The position numbers and the translations under genes are program-made. A stretch of DNA of 63,704 nucleotides, counting the filler. It is 5 parts of 5 records of this genome, joined end to end, with 100 filler letters (N's around TTAATTAATTAA, not from the genome) between each part and the next. Parts side by side here need not be neighbours in the genome. Positions count along the whole stretch, not along the records: positions 1 to 14,702 come from DRR723986_4979; 4 more parts are not named here. One strand, 5' to 3'. Under the pieces are notes generated by a model. That model searched no databases. It saw only the letters and a program-made list of their open reading frames with translations, and had not been told where the DNA came from. Of this stretch, positions 1 to 9,824 are shown one piece after another; the first letter of the stretch is position 1; each line of letters starts with the position of its first letter.

Positions 1-1
1 C

Positions 2-385
2 CTGCCGATGATCGGCCTGTTCAGCCGGCTGATGATGGTGCCCACATGGGCGCTCATGCCCATCGTGGCGGCGGTCAGCTTCGTCGGCGTCTTCTCGATC
101 TCGAACTCGACCTTCGACCTCGAGATGATGATCATGTTCGGGGTGCTGGGCTACCTGCTGCGCAAGCTGGATGTCAGCCTCGTGCCGCTGGTGCTGGGCC
201 TCCTGCTGGGAGGCGACATGGAACGCAACCTGCGCCGCGCCATGTCCATTTCGGACGGAGACTGGGGCATCCTGCTGGCAAGCCCGATCTCGGTCACGCT
301 GTACCTTCTGACGACACTCTTCCTTGGGCTGTCCGTCTGGCTGGCCCTGCGCGAGCGGCGCCGGATGAAGGAACGCGCGTCTTGA
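2..385 (+). CDS. tctA: Tripartite tricarboxylate transporter permease TctA, C-terminal fragment (5' truncated by window edge)
   Basis: Hydrophobic helices with the TctA C-terminal pattern 'FGVLGYLLRKLD..PLVLGLLLG..MERNLRRAM.ISDG', also seen in the full TctA at 8322-9824. Confidence 0.85.
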   Translation: MPMIGLFSRLMMVPTWALMPIVAAVSFVGVFSISNSTFDLEMMIMFGVLGYLLRKLDVSLVPLVLGLLLGGDMERNLRRAMSISDGDWGILLASPISVTLYLLTTLFLGLSVWLALRERRRMKERAS

Positions 386-436
386 CCCTGATCGCGCTTC
401 CGGGTCCGTTGGTTTGCCCGGAAGCGCGATGAGCAG

Positions 437-1294
437 TCAGGCCCGATGGGTCTCGAGCGTGGTGTCGGGCAGCAATCCCGCCGCTTTCAGGGTCGCGATC
501 AGCTTTTGGGTGGCGGTGCTGTCGCCTTGGGACACGGCGTCCCGAAGCTGTTCCCGGCACCATGCCTGAAGCATCGAGGAGGTCACCGTGGCCGCTTCGG
601 CGGACGGCGGCGCGGGCATGACCGTGGCAGCAGGCGCGGGCGCCTCTTCCGGGTCGGCGAGCGCCTTGGCGGTGGCGGCGTCGACGAAGATGTCGCCTTC
701 GATGCCGGCAAAGGCGCGGATGCGGTCGATGCGCTCGTCGGTGCAATCCAGCAGGGCGGCCATGGCCGAGGTCTTGCCCATCTGCTTGGTGGACCCGACA
801 TAGCCGTAGGGCGCGCAATCAGAGCGTTTCAGCACGCGGTTCATGATCGGGTCGATCACCGTCACGATATCCGAGATGCCGGAATCCCGGGCGTATTCAA
901 GCGAGCCCGCCATCAGCTCGCAGGTCGCGTAGCTGACCGAATTGCGGGACCGGCCGGCCCCCAGCCGTTCCGTGTCGACGCAAAAGCGGGTCGATTCCCA
1001 AAGCAACGGGCTGCGCAGCGGCGCCTCTCCGTCCAGGATGTCCGAGAAGACATCGGACAGCATGTGCGGACCCGTCGTCTGCAGCGCCCGGACGCAGGCC
1101 ACCACGTGACCTTCTTCGTCGAGCCCCAGCACATAGGCCGGATCGAGCGCGTCGAAGGCGTCGATTTCCTTGCCGTCCGTCACCTCGACTTCCCAGCCGA
1201 GCCTGTCCCGGAAGACCCGGGCGCGCAACTCGAACATCTCGTCGAGCAGTCTCGTGTAGCGGTGGCGGTTGATACCATCGATAATTAGGATCAT
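437..1294 (-). CDS. luxI: Acyl-homoserine-lactone synthase (LuxI family) with C-terminal extension
   Basis: LuxI motifs 'MFELRARVFRDRLGW', 'EIDAFD', 'WESTRFCV'. ATG at 1294 follows a GGAGG RBS; gene lies directly downstream of luxR. Confidence 0.93.
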   Translation of the reverse strand: MILIIDGINRHRYTRLLDEMFELRARVFRDRLGWEVEVTDGKEIDAFDALDPAYVLGLDEEGHVVACVRALQTTGPHMLSDVFSDILDGEAPLRSPLLWESTRFCVDTERLGAGRSRNSVSYATCELMAGSLEYARDSGISDIVTVIDPIMNRVLKRSDCAPYGYVGSTKQMGKTSAMAALLDCTDERIDRIRAFAGIEGDIFVDAATAKALADPEEAPAPAATVMPAPPSAEAATVTSSMLQAWCREQLRDAVSQGDSTATQKLIATLKAAGLLPDTTLETHRA

Positions 1295-1351
1295 CTTGAC
1301 CCCTCCATTCATTCCCCTGAACAAATGGATAATGGCTTGGCCGCGGGTGCT

Positions 1352-1371
1352 CTATTAGGGAAACCCCTTAG
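1352..1371. promoter_or_regulatory. Candidate lux-box-like LuxR binding site upstream of luxI
   Basis: CTATTAGGGAAACCCCTTAG, an imperfect ~20-bp dyad (AGGG..CCCT core) in the AT-richer luxR-luxI spacer, about 60-75 nt upstream of the luxI start. Confidence 0.45.
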
Positions 1372-1388
1372 TCCGGTCGGAGCAATGC

Positions 1389-2090
1389 TCAGAGCGGGTG
1401 TATCAATCCCAGACCAATGGCCCGACCGACCGCCTGCGCCGTGGTCAGGGCGCCCAGTTTGGTGCGGCTCGATCGCAGGTGAACCTCGACCGTGCGGTTC
1501 GAGATCGACAGGATGTCGCCGACGTCCTGCTGGGTCTTGCCGGCCGCGATCCATTGCAGCACGTCGATTTCGCGCTGCGACAGGGTCGGGTGGGTCAATT
1601 TCGCGGTCAGGCTGTGCGACCGGATCACATGGTCGTGCAGGTGCACCGCAGCGCCCTGAAGCTCTGACAGGATGTTGCCCTTCAGCAGCTGCCACTCGCG
1701 CTCGGAACAGTTGCGGGTCACGCTGAACAGCCCGATATCGCCATAGGGCCCGCGGACCGGGATCGTCAGCCCCTGCTTCGAGATGCCGAAGTCATGCGCG
1801 ACGAGGAAGATGGAATCGAAATCCTTCTCGCCGTGCAGCCGTTTCCAGTCCACCGGCGCGATGCTGCGGCTGGCGGTCAGAAGGGCCGGATCGCGGTGCT
1901 GGAAGTTCTGGGCGACGTAGACGTCCTGCCATTCGTCGGGATAGTTGACGAAGCCGTGCACGGTCTGGGCGATCGGGTCGATCCCGGCATAGGCGGCGTA
2001 ATCGACCTCATGCGTTTCGCACACGGTGTCGAGAAACCTCCTGAGATTGTTCTCGGAGGTATCGCGTTTGCTGAGATCAATGACGGCCAA
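1389..2090 (-). CDS. luxR: LuxR-family quorum-sensing regulator
   Basis: Autoinducer-binding domain ('NYPDEWQDVY..NFQHRDP') plus C-terminal HTH ('LSQREIDVLQWIAAGKTQQDVGDILSISNRTVEVHL'); TTG start. Confidence 0.93.
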   Translation of the reverse strand: MAVIDLSKRDTSENNLRRFLDTVCETHEVDYAAYAGIDPIAQTVHGFVNYPDEWQDVYVAQNFQHRDPALLTASRSIAPVDWKRLHGEKDFDSIFLVAHDFGISKQGLTIPVRGPYGDIGLFSVTRNCSEREWQLLKGNILSELQGAAVHLHDHVIRSHSLTAKLTHPTLSQREIDVLQWIAAGKTQQDVGDILSISNRTVEVHLRSSRTKLGALTTAQAVGRAIGLGLIHPL

Positions 2091-2129
2091 GGCTCTTTCG
2101 CGCGAGCGCTCCGTTACAACTTTGGGATG

Positions 2130-2510
2130 TTACCGATCCCGAACTTGGTCACGATCGCAGGCCAGCGCAACCAGAAAGGCGAAACTTGTCGTCCGATAGG
2201 GAACCGAAAGCGCATGGTAGTGCGCGGAAACCTCAGATGCGCCCTCGAAACCGGGTTCGGCGGGGGTCGGGGCGGGGGCCGATGTGGCCGCCTCTTCGGC
2301 AATGGAGGGGAAGAGCGCGCGCACCGGAACCTGCAGCGCGTCGGCCAGGTCGAACAATTGCCGCGCGGTGGCGCGGCGGGTGCCGGCCTCGATATCGCAG
2401 AGCGTGGCCCGGGACAGGTGCACCATCCTTGCAACGTCGGTCCGGGACAGCCCAAGCCCCTTGCGCCGGGCCGCAATACTCAGTCCCAGCAGTCTATCTA
2501 TTTCAGTCAT
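2130..2510 (-). CDS. XRE-family HTH transcriptional regulator
   Basis: 'IAARRKGLGLSRTDVARMVHLSRATLCDIEAGTRR..LFDLADALQVPV' is an HTH_XRE pattern; co-oriented upstream of luxR. Confidence 0.8.
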   Translation of the reverse strand: MTEIDRLLGLSIAARRKGLGLSRTDVARMVHLSRATLCDIEAGTRRATARQLFDLADALQVPVRALFPSIAEEAATSAPAPTPAEPGFEGASEVSAHYHALSVPYRTTSFAFLVALACDRDQVRDR

Positions 2511-2893
2511 CGAAAACGCCGTCCAGAAATTGCTTGGCTTCCGCCATTCCATTGGTGCAGCAGTTGCGATTGGAAGGCAAAGCTGACGTTAGGTAATCCT
2601 ATGCGCTTCCCTCGCGCCACCTTTTCCCGCTTAACGTGCAAGGGCGCGGGCGGATGGCCGAGGTGTTCGGCGGGGTGTCGGCGCGGCTGATCAGGGGGCC
2701 GGGGAGCAGCGGGGCAGGGCTGGCCCCGGTGGGTAATCCCAGCCCCTTGCCGTCGCGATCCGGCGAAGTCTCGCGGACTTATCAGCATGTGGTAAACTAT
2801 CGTCAAATACCGAAAGCTTTTGTTTGTCATGCGGTCCCTTCCACCCCCATCCTGACCGAGAGACAAGGAACGCCAGGCCAGGGGAGGGGTGCG

Positions 2894-3676
2894 GTGTCCA
2901 GGGAGGCCGGAGATATCCGCAGCGCCGAAACCTCGCTTGCAAAGGCGATCCGGCTGCTGCCGATCGTGGCAGAGCGCAACGCCAGCGGCGTGAACCTCTC
3001 GACCATCGCGCGCAAGGCGGGCCTGACCACCGCGACCGCGCGCCGCCTGTTGCAGGGGTTGGTCGACGGGCGGCTGCTCAGCTTCGATCCCTATTCGAAG
3101 ATCTACACCCTCGGGATCGGTCTGTTCGATCTGGCCGGGGCGCCCGGGTCGCCCCGGCAGTTCGATGGCCTGCGCATGACCCTGCGCGCGGCGGTCGAAG
3201 AGACGGCCGCCGTGACCGGGGATACGGTCTATGTCACCGTGCCGCATGGCGATGAAGCCATCTGCATCGACCTCGAGACCGGCTCCAACCCGATCCCGAC
3301 GAACACGCTGCACGTCGGCTCGCGCCGCCCGCTTGGCGTGGGGGCCGGCAGCGCGGCCCTGCTCGCCGCGCTGCCCGAAGAGCGGCGCGAGCGCCTGATG
3401 GCCGCGAACCGCGAGGTCTACGGACGCTACGGCGCGCTGACGCCCGCCGCCGTGCGCGTCATGGTCGCGCATTGGCAGAGGCACCGCTACCTCGTGAACC
3501 ACTCGGTTATCATCGCCGACGTGGGCGCCGTGGCCGTGGTGGCCTTCGACGAAACCCACCGCCTGTTGGGGGCGCTGTCCGTCTCTGCCCTGAAATCCAG
3601 GCTCACCCCCGAACGCTGCGAGGACATCGTGGCCGCCATGAGCGCCGCGCTGACCCGCTCCGGCTTTACGATCTGA
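2894..3676 (+). CDS. IclR-family transcriptional regulator
   Basis: N-terminal HTH ('VNLSTIARKAGLTTATARRLLQGL') and IclR effector domain ('VGSRRPLGVGAGSAALLA'). GTG at 2894 follows GGGGAGGGG. Confidence 0.88.
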   Translation: MSREAGDIRSAETSLAKAIRLLPIVAERNASGVNLSTIARKAGLTTATARRLLQGLVDGRLLSFDPYSKIYTLGIGLFDLAGAPGSPRQFDGLRMTLRAAVEETAAVTGDTVYVTVPHGDEAICIDLETGSNPIPTNTLHVGSRRPLGVGAGSAALLAALPEERRERLMAANREVYGRYGALTPAAVRVMVAHWQRHRYLVNHSVIIADVGAVAVVAFDETHRLLGALSVSALKSRLTPERCEDIVAAMSAALTRSGFTI

Positions 3677-3687
3677 GGACTGACGAC

Positions 3688-5211
3688 ATGTACCCCATCC
3701 ACTTCTTCGACCGCGCGGCGCGCCTCTGGCCAGAGGCGACGGCGGTCGAATGCGGTTCCGAAAGCCTGACCTACGCCGCGCTTCATGCCCGGGTGCAGGC
3801 GCTTGCCTGCGGCCTGCAGGCGCTGGACCCGGAATTCGGCTCTCGGGTGGGGGTCTGCTGCTACAATACGTTAGAGCATCTGGTCGGCTGGCTGGCGGTG
3901 CTTGCGGCGGGCAAGGTCTGGGTGCCACTGCAGCCGATGAACGCGCAGGACGAGCTTCTCCGCGCGATCAGCTTCACCGGCGCAAGCCTCGTCATCGTCC
4001 AGCCGGAAACGGCGGCCAAGCTGGCGGGCGCGACCGCGCGCTTCGTCATGGCCACGGCCGAACCGGGGGAAGGCACCACCGCCACGCTGGAGCGGGACCA
4101 CGCCGGGCAGACGCCTGCGCCCTGCGCCCTGCCGCTGTCCGCGACGCAGGCGATCAAGTTCACCGGCGGCACCACCGGGCGGCCCAAGGGCGTGATGCAG
4201 CCCTACCGCGCGTGGAACACCAACATCGCCACGCAGATCGCCGCATGGTCGCTTGGTGCAGGCCAGCGCTACCTTGCCGCCGCGCCGATCACCCACGGCA
4301 CCTCGACCTACATCCTGCCGACGCTGGCGACCGGGGGCACGCTTGTGCTGCTCGACCGGCCCCGCCCCGAAGAGACGCTGAAGGCGCTTCAGACGCAGGC
4401 GATCACCACGACCTTCGTGCCGCCGACCGTGCTGTACATGCTGATGGAACTCGAGACGGTGCGCGACAGCACCTACCCGGACCTGCGCAACCTGATCTAT
4501 GGCGCCGGGCCCATGCGCCCCGAGGCCATCGCCCGCGCGCAGGAGATCTTTGGCCCCTGCCTTGCCTCGACCTATGGCCAGACCGAGGCGCCGCAGATCG
4601 CCACCATGATCAGCGCGGCGGAACTGGCCGATCCCGCGAAACGGACCTCCGTCGGGCGCGAGACCCTGCTGAGCCGCGTCGAGATGATGGACCCCGAAGG
4701 CCGCATCCTGCCCCCCGGCGAGACCGGAGAGATCGTCATTCGCGGCGACCTTCTGATGACCGGCTACTGGAACCAGCCCGAGGCCACGGCAGAGGCGCTG
4801 CGCGGAGGCTGGCTGCACACCGGCGATCTGGGGATGAAGGATGCGGATGGCTACGTCTTCATCCGGGGCCGCGCCAAGGAGATGATCATCACCGGCGGCT
4901 TCAACGTCTACCCGGCGGATGTCGAGACGGTGATGGGCGAACACCCCGACGTGGTGGATTGCGCCGTCTACGGCGTCCCGGACGACAAATGGGGCGAGGC
5001 GGTCCATGCGGCCGTGCAACTGCGCGGCGGGGCCACGCCCGACACGGCGGGCATCATCGCCTTCGTCCGCGAAAGGCTTGGCCCGGTGAAGACCCCGAAA
5101 TCGGTTCGCGTGATGGACCACCTGCCGCGCAACGCCATCGGCAAGCTGCAAAAGGCGGAACTTGCCGCCCGACACGAGACCGCCCCCGCGGTCGCCGCCA
5201 AGGAAGGATGA
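3688..5211 (+). CDS. AMP-binding acyl-CoA synthetase/ligase
   Basis: ANL-superfamily motifs 'FTGGTTGRPKG', 'YGQTE', 'GWLHTGDLG', 'PRNAIGK'. Confidence 0.92.
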   Translation: MYPIHFFDRAARLWPEATAVECGSESLTYAALHARVQALACGLQALDPEFGSRVGVCCYNTLEHLVGWLAVLAAGKVWVPLQPMNAQDELLRAISFTGASLVIVQPETAAKLAGATARFVMATAEPGEGTTATLERDHAGQTPAPCALPLSATQAIKFTGGTTGRPKGVMQPYRAWNTNIATQIAAWSLGAGQRYLAAAPITHGTSTYILPTLATGGTLVLLDRPRPEETLKALQTQAITTTFVPPTVLYMLMELETVRDSTYPDLRNLIYGAGPMRPEAIARAQEIFGPCLASTYGQTEAPQIATMISAAELADPAKRTSVGRETLLSRVEMMDPEGRILPPGETGEIVIRGDLLMTGYWNQPEATAEALRGGWLHTGDLGMKDADGYVFIRGRAKEMIITGGFNVYPADVETVMGEHPDVVDCAVYGVPDDKWGEAVHAAVQLRGGATPDTAGIIAFVRERLGPVKTPKSVRVMDHLPRNAIGKLQKAELAARHETAPAVAAKEG

Positions 5212-5978
5212 CCATGACCGCCGCCACCCCCACGACCTCGCTCTGCCGCTACACGGACACCGAGATCTTCTACCGCAACCGCAATCTCGTCGATGACCTT
5301 CTGGCGGGGGATGCGGATTTCGTCAGTGTCATGATGGGCCATATCCTCGGCCGCAGGGTGACGGAGGCGGAACAACGGGTCATGCACGCGATCCTCATCG
5401 TGATGATGGAGCACGGGCTGACCCCCAGCGCCATCGCCACGCGGTCGGTCTACATGTCCGCGCCCGAGAACCTGCAAGGCGCCGTCGCGGCGGGGCTTCT
5501 GGCGGTGGGCAGCCAGTTCGTCGGCACGATCGAGAACAACGCCCGCCTGCTGGCGGAACTGGCGCCGCTGGAGGGGCAGGCGCAGGCCGAGCGCGCCGCC
5601 GGGATCGTGCGCGAACACCGCGCCCGCAAGGCGCATCTGCCGGGCTTTGGCCACCACCTGCACCGGCCCGACGATCCGCGCGCGCTGAAGCTGATCGAGA
5701 TCGGCCGCGCCGAGGCCGCCTCGACCCGGCATGTCGATGCGCTGCTGGCGTTGTCGCAGGCCGTCGACGCCGAGTTCGGGCGCCACATCACCATCAACGC
5801 CACCGGGGCCACGGCGGCCCTGCTGGGCGACATGGACATCCCCGTGGCGCTGATGCGCGGCTTTGCCGTCGTCTCGCGCGCGGCGGGGCTGGTGGCGCAT
5901 ATCGCCGAAGAACAGCGCAAGCCGTCGGGACGGTTCATCTGGGAAACGGTCGACAAGGCCGTGCCCTTCGAGGAGTGA
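5208..5978 (+). CDS. Citryl-CoA lyase-like / short citrate-synthase-family protein
   Basis: 'EHGLTPSA', 'PGFGHHLHRPDDPR', 'SRAAGLVAHIAEEQ'. About 256 aa; ATGA overlap with the upstream ligase stop. Confidence 0.85.
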   Translation: MTMTAATPTTSLCRYTDTEIFYRNRNLVDDLLAGDADFVSVMMGHILGRRVTEAEQRVMHAILIVMMEHGLTPSAIATRSVYMSAPENLQGAVAAGLLAVGSQFVGTIENNARLLAELAPLEGQAQAERAAGIVREHRARKAHLPGFGHHLHRPDDPRALKLIEIGRAEAASTRHVDALLALSQAVDAEFGRHITINATGATAALLGDMDIPVALMRGFAVVSRAAGLVAHIAEEQRKPSGRFIWETVDKAVPFEE

Positions 5979-5982
5979 GGCC

Positions 5983-6696
5983 ATGACCGACCACGCCATC
6001 GTCACCGGCGGCGCGCGCGGCATCGGCGCGGCCATCGCGGAACGGCTGACCCGCGACGGGTTTTCCGTGGCCGTGGTCGACCGCCTTCCGCCGGAACACG
6101 ACTTCCTCGAGGAAGCCATCTCCGTCGATCTCTCGGATGCAGAGGCGACCCGCGCCGCGCTCGAGGGCTATTGCAGGGGGCGGCCGGTCACGCGGCTGGT
6201 GAACAACGCCGGCATCGTCATGCCCGCCTCGGTCGAAGAGACGGACCCGCTGTCCATCGACGCGGTGGCGGCGGTGAACCTGCGCGCGCCGCTGGTCTGT
6301 GTGCAGGCGGTCCTGCCCGCGATGAAGGCCGCGGGGGTGGGGCGGGTCGTCAACATCTCCAGCCGCGTCGCGCTGGGGAAGGAGTTGCGCACCGCCTACG
6401 CCGCTTCGAAGGCGGGGCTGCACGGCATGACGAAGACATGGGCGCTGGAACTGGGCCGCCACGGCATCACCGTGAACGCGGTCGGCCCCGGCCCCATCGC
6501 GACGGAACTTTTCAACGCGGTGAACCCCCCCGGCGACCCGCGCACTGACAAGATCATCCAGACGATCCCGGTCAAGCGCACGGGAACGCCCGGGGACGTG
6601 GCCGAAGCCGTGGGCTTCTTCTGCTCGGAGGGGGCGGGATTCGTGACGGGGCAGGTGCTCTACGTCTGCGGAGGCATGACAATCGGCTCCGCCTGA
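5983..6696 (+). CDS. SDR-family oxidoreductase
   Basis: 'TGGARGIG', 'NNAG', catalytic 'YAASK'. Confidence 0.9.
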   Translation: MTDHAIVTGGARGIGAAIAERLTRDGFSVAVVDRLPPEHDFLEEAISVDLSDAEATRAALEGYCRGRPVTRLVNNAGIVMPASVEETDPLSIDAVAAVNLRAPLVCVQAVLPAMKAAGVGRVVNISSRVALGKELRTAYAASKAGLHGMTKTWALELGRHGITVNAVGPGPIATELFNAVNPPGDPRTDKIIQTIPVKRTGTPGDVAEAVGFFCSEGAGFVTGQVLYVCGGMTIGSA

Positions 6697-6748
6697 CGGG
6701 CGGGCCATGACCGGCACAAAGGCCGGAAACACCAAGGAGGAGACTGAC

Positions 6749-7732
6749 ATGACCATGACCAGAAGACAGATCGCCGGGGCGCTGGCCGCCGTGTCGATGC
6801 TTTCGCTCGGCAGCGCCGCCATGGCCGCCGACTATCCGACGAAGCGGATCACCATCATCGTGCCCTACAGCGCGGGCGGCTCCACCGACATCCTTGCCCG
6901 GCAGGTCGCCGACGGCATGACGCAGGTGCTGGGCGAGACCGTCACGGTCGAGAACCGCCCCGGCGCGGGCGCCACGCTGGGCACCACCATGGCGGCCAAG
7001 GCCCGCCCCGATGGCTACACGCTGTTCATGGGGCAGGTGTCCTCTCACGGCATCGCACCGGCGGTCTACAAGAACCTGCAATACGATGCGGTGGCCGATT
7101 TCGCGCCGATCAAGCTGCTGATCTCCATTCCCAACGTGATGGTCGTCAACAAGGACAGCCCCTACCAGACCGCCGCCGAGTTCCTCGACGCGGCGAAAGC
7201 GGGCAACATGACATTCGGCTCTTCGGGCGTCGGAAGCTCGATCCACCTCTCGGGCGAGATGTTCAAGTCGCGCACCGGGGCCCAGATGACGCATGTGCCC
7301 TTCCGGGGCAGCGGCGAGGCGGTGCCCGCGCTGCTGGCGGGCGACGTGGACGTGATGTTCGACAACCTGCCTTCGGCCATGCCGCACATCCAGTCCGGCG
7401 CCCTGCGCGCGCTGGCGGTCACCACGCCGGCCCGGTCGGACCAGCTGGACGAGGTGCCGACGCTGGACGAACTCGACATCTCCGAGCTTGACGGCTTTGC
7501 CGCGCGGTCGTGGTTCGGCCTGCTGGCGCCCGCCGGCACCGACCCCGAGATCGTAGCCACGCTGTCGGACGCGCTGGATCAGGTGATCGCGACCGAAAGC
7601 TTCACCAGCTTCGCCGACACCCGTGGCGCGCAGATCGAGGGCGGCTCTCCCGAGGACTTCGCCGCCTACATCGAGGCGGAGCTGTCCAACTGGAAGACCG
7701 TCGTCGACGAGGCCGGCGTGACCGTCGAGTAA
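6749..7732 (+). CDS. tctC: Tripartite tricarboxylate transporter substrate-binding protein (TctC/Bug)
   Basis: Signal peptide followed by 'YPTKRITIIVPYSAGGSTD', 'VENRPGAG', 'PDGYTL', 'HVPFRGSG'; strong AAGGAGG RBS. Confidence 0.92.
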   Translation: MTMTRRQIAGALAAVSMLSLGSAAMAADYPTKRITIIVPYSAGGSTDILARQVADGMTQVLGETVTVENRPGAGATLGTTMAAKARPDGYTLFMGQVSSHGIAPAVYKNLQYDAVADFAPIKLLISIPNVMVVNKDSPYQTAAEFLDAAKAGNMTFGSSGVGSSIHLSGEMFKSRTGAQMTHVPFRGSGEAVPALLAGDVDVMFDNLPSAMPHIQSGALRALAVTTPARSDQLDEVPTLDELDISELDGFAARSWFGLLAPAGTDPEIVATLSDALDQVIATESFTSFADTRGAQIEGGSPEDFAAYIEAELSNWKTVVDEAGVTVE

Positions 7733-7740
7733 GCCACGCA

Positions 7741-7769
7741 GGACGGCGGCCCCCCGGGGGTCGCCGTCC
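7741..7769 (+). other. GC-rich stem-loop between tctC and tctB (mRNA-stabilising or attenuating element)
   Basis: GGACGGCGGCCCC-CCG-GGGGTCGCCGTCC, a 13-bp stem with one G-U pair, right after the tctC stop; no U-tract. Confidence 0.55.
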
Positions 7770-7804
7770 GCCAGATCGACCGTCCGGGACAGGGAGGAGC
7801 GGAC

Positions 7805-8320
7805 ATGAGCACAACGGACACCACGCACCGCCGGGGCCGCCGGAAGGAGATCGCCTTTGCCGCGCTGACCCTGCTGGCGGCGGTCCTTTTCGGTCTGTTC
7901 GTCATCCCGGCGGGCGTCACGCAACCGGCCTCGGTCAAGCATCTGCCGCTGTCGCCGGTCTTTCTGCCCTACCTTCTGACCATCGCCGTGGGGGTCTTTG
8001 CCCTGGGCCATCTGGCCGAAGCGCTTTTTGCGCCGCATATCCCCGACGAGGACGCGCAGGCGCCGGACCCGCATCCGCGCTGGCCGCTGCGGCTGCTGGT
8101 GATCTGCGTGCTGCTGCTGGGTTACCTGATGCTGCCGGACAGGCTGGGGATGCTGCCGACCGCGATCCTCGTGACCATCATCCTGATGGCGCTCGGCGGA
8201 GAGCGGCGCCCGGCGATCCTGCTGGGGGTCGGTATCGCGGTGCCTGTCCTCGTCTACCTGTTCTTCGTGCACGTCGCGCAGGTGCCCATGCCCGCAGGCC
8301 CGTTCGAGGAGTGGTTCTGA
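7805..8320 (+). CDS. tctB: Tripartite tricarboxylate transporter small permease TctB
   Basis: About 170 aa with 4-5 TM helices and a C-terminal 'YLFFVHVAQVPMPAG'; sits between tctC and tctA. Confidence 0.85.
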   Translation: MSTTDTTHRRGRRKEIAFAALTLLAAVLFGLFVIPAGVTQPASVKHLPLSPVFLPYLLTIAVGVFALGHLAEALFAPHIPDEDAQAPDPHPRWPLRLLVICVLLLGYLMLPDRLGMLPTAILVTIILMALGGERRPAILLGVGIAVPVLVYLFFVHVAQVPMPAGPFEEWF

Positions 8321-8321
8321 C

Positions 8322-9824
8322 ATGCTGGAGAACATCGCCACGGGGTTTACCCTCTTCCTGACGTTCCAGAACATCATCGCCATCACCGTGGGCGTCTGCC
8401 TTGGCGTGACGGTCGGGGCCATTCCGGGGCTCACCGCGACCATGGCGGTCGCGCTGGCGCTGCCCTTCACCTTCAGCCTCGACCCCGTCACCGGCATCCT
8501 GCTGCTGGTGGGCGTCTACAAGGGCGGAGTCTTCGGCGGCTCGATCACCGCGATCCTGATCCGCGCGCCCGGCACCCCCGCCGCCGCCTGCACGTTGCTC
8601 GACGGCTATCCGATGGCGCAGAAGGGACAGGCGGGCAAGGCGATGAACATGGCTCTCTATGCGTCGTGCATCGCGGATTTCCTGTCCAACCTCTCGCTGA
8701 TCTTCTTCGCCAGCATGATCGCCGGGCTGGCGCTGGCCTTCGGCCCGCCGGAGTATTTCTGGCTGATCTGCTTCTCGCTGACCGTGGTGATCTCGATCTC
8801 GGGATCGTCGCTGACCAAGGGGCTGATCTCGGGGCTTCTGGGCCTCTTGACCTCGACCATCGGGCTGGATCTCGTCTACGGCACCCAGCGCTTCACCTTC
8901 GACAACTTCAACCTGATGGCGGGGGTCAGCTACATCCCGCTGCTGATCGGCCTCTTCGCGCTGCCCGAGGTCATCGACTTCTACATGCGCCGCATCAAGC
9001 CGCATGTCGTCAAGCCGGCGGACCGCAGCCGCGTGACCCGGGAGGAGTTCCGCCGCAGCCTGCCCGCCATCCTGCGCGGCAGCTTCATCGGGGTCATCAT
9101 CGGCACCATCCCCGGCGCGGGCGCCACGGCGGCGGCCTTCCTGTCCTACGGCGAGGCGCGGCGCACGTCGAAATCCCCCGAGACCTTCGGCAAGGGCAAC
9201 ATCGAGGGCGTCGCGGCCTCTGAATCCGGCAACAACGGCGTCGCCGGGGCCACGCTGATCCCGCTTCTGGCGCTCGGCATCCCCGGAGACGTGGTGACGG
9301 CGGTGATCCTCGGCGCCTTCATGCTGCAGGGGCTCACCCCCGGCCCGCTGATGTTTCAGGACAACATCACCATCATCTACGCCATCTTCATCGGCATCAT
9401 GCTGAGTTCGCTGGTGCTGTTCGGCTCTGGCAAGCTGGCGATCCGCTACTTCGCCCGGATCGCCGACATCCCGCGGCACATCCTTCTGCCCATCGTCCTG
9501 CTGTTCTGCGTCTTCGGCAGCTACGCCGTGCAAAGCCAGATGTTCGACGTGGGCGTGATGCTGGCCTTCGGCGTGCTGGGCTACCTGATGATGAAGATCA
9601 ACATGGCCGCCGCGCCCTTCCTCATGGGCTTCATCCTTGGCCCGCTGTTCGAGGACAACCTGCGGCGGTCCTTCCTGATCTCCGAGGACATCGGCATCTT
9701 CTTCCGCAGCCCGATCTGCTGGATCTTCATTGCCATCACATTCTTCTCGCTTTTCGTGGGGGTCCGCCGCGAGGTGCGCAGCACGCGCTCGAAACGCCGC
9801 GCCCTGCGCGAGGGGCAGGCATGA
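8322..9824 (+). CDS. tctA: Tripartite tricarboxylate transporter large permease TctA
   Basis: 500 aa polytopic protein with 'GAIPGL', 'PGTPAAACTLLDGYPM', 'EGVAASESGNN', 'LALGIPG'. Confidence 0.93.
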   Translation: MLENIATGFTLFLTFQNIIAITVGVCLGVTVGAIPGLTATMAVALALPFTFSLDPVTGILLLVGVYKGGVFGGSITAILIRAPGTPAAACTLLDGYPMAQKGQAGKAMNMALYASCIADFLSNLSLIFFASMIAGLALAFGPPEYFWLICFSLTVVISISGSSLTKGLISGLLGLLTSTIGLDLVYGTQRFTFDNFNLMAGVSYIPLLIGLFALPEVIDFYMRRIKPHVVKPADRSRVTREEFRRSLPAILRGSFIGVIIGTIPGAGATAAAFLSYGEARRTSKSPETFGKGNIEGVAASESGNNGVAGATLIPLLALGIPGDVVTAVILGAFMLQGLTPGPLMFQDNITIIYAIFIGIMLSSLVLFGSGKLAIRYFARIADIPRHILLPIVLLFCVFGSYAVQSQMFDVGVMLAFGVLGYLMMKINMAAAPFLMGFILGPLFEDNLRRSFLISEDIGIFFRSPICWIFIAITFFSLFVGVRREVRSTRSKRRALREGQA

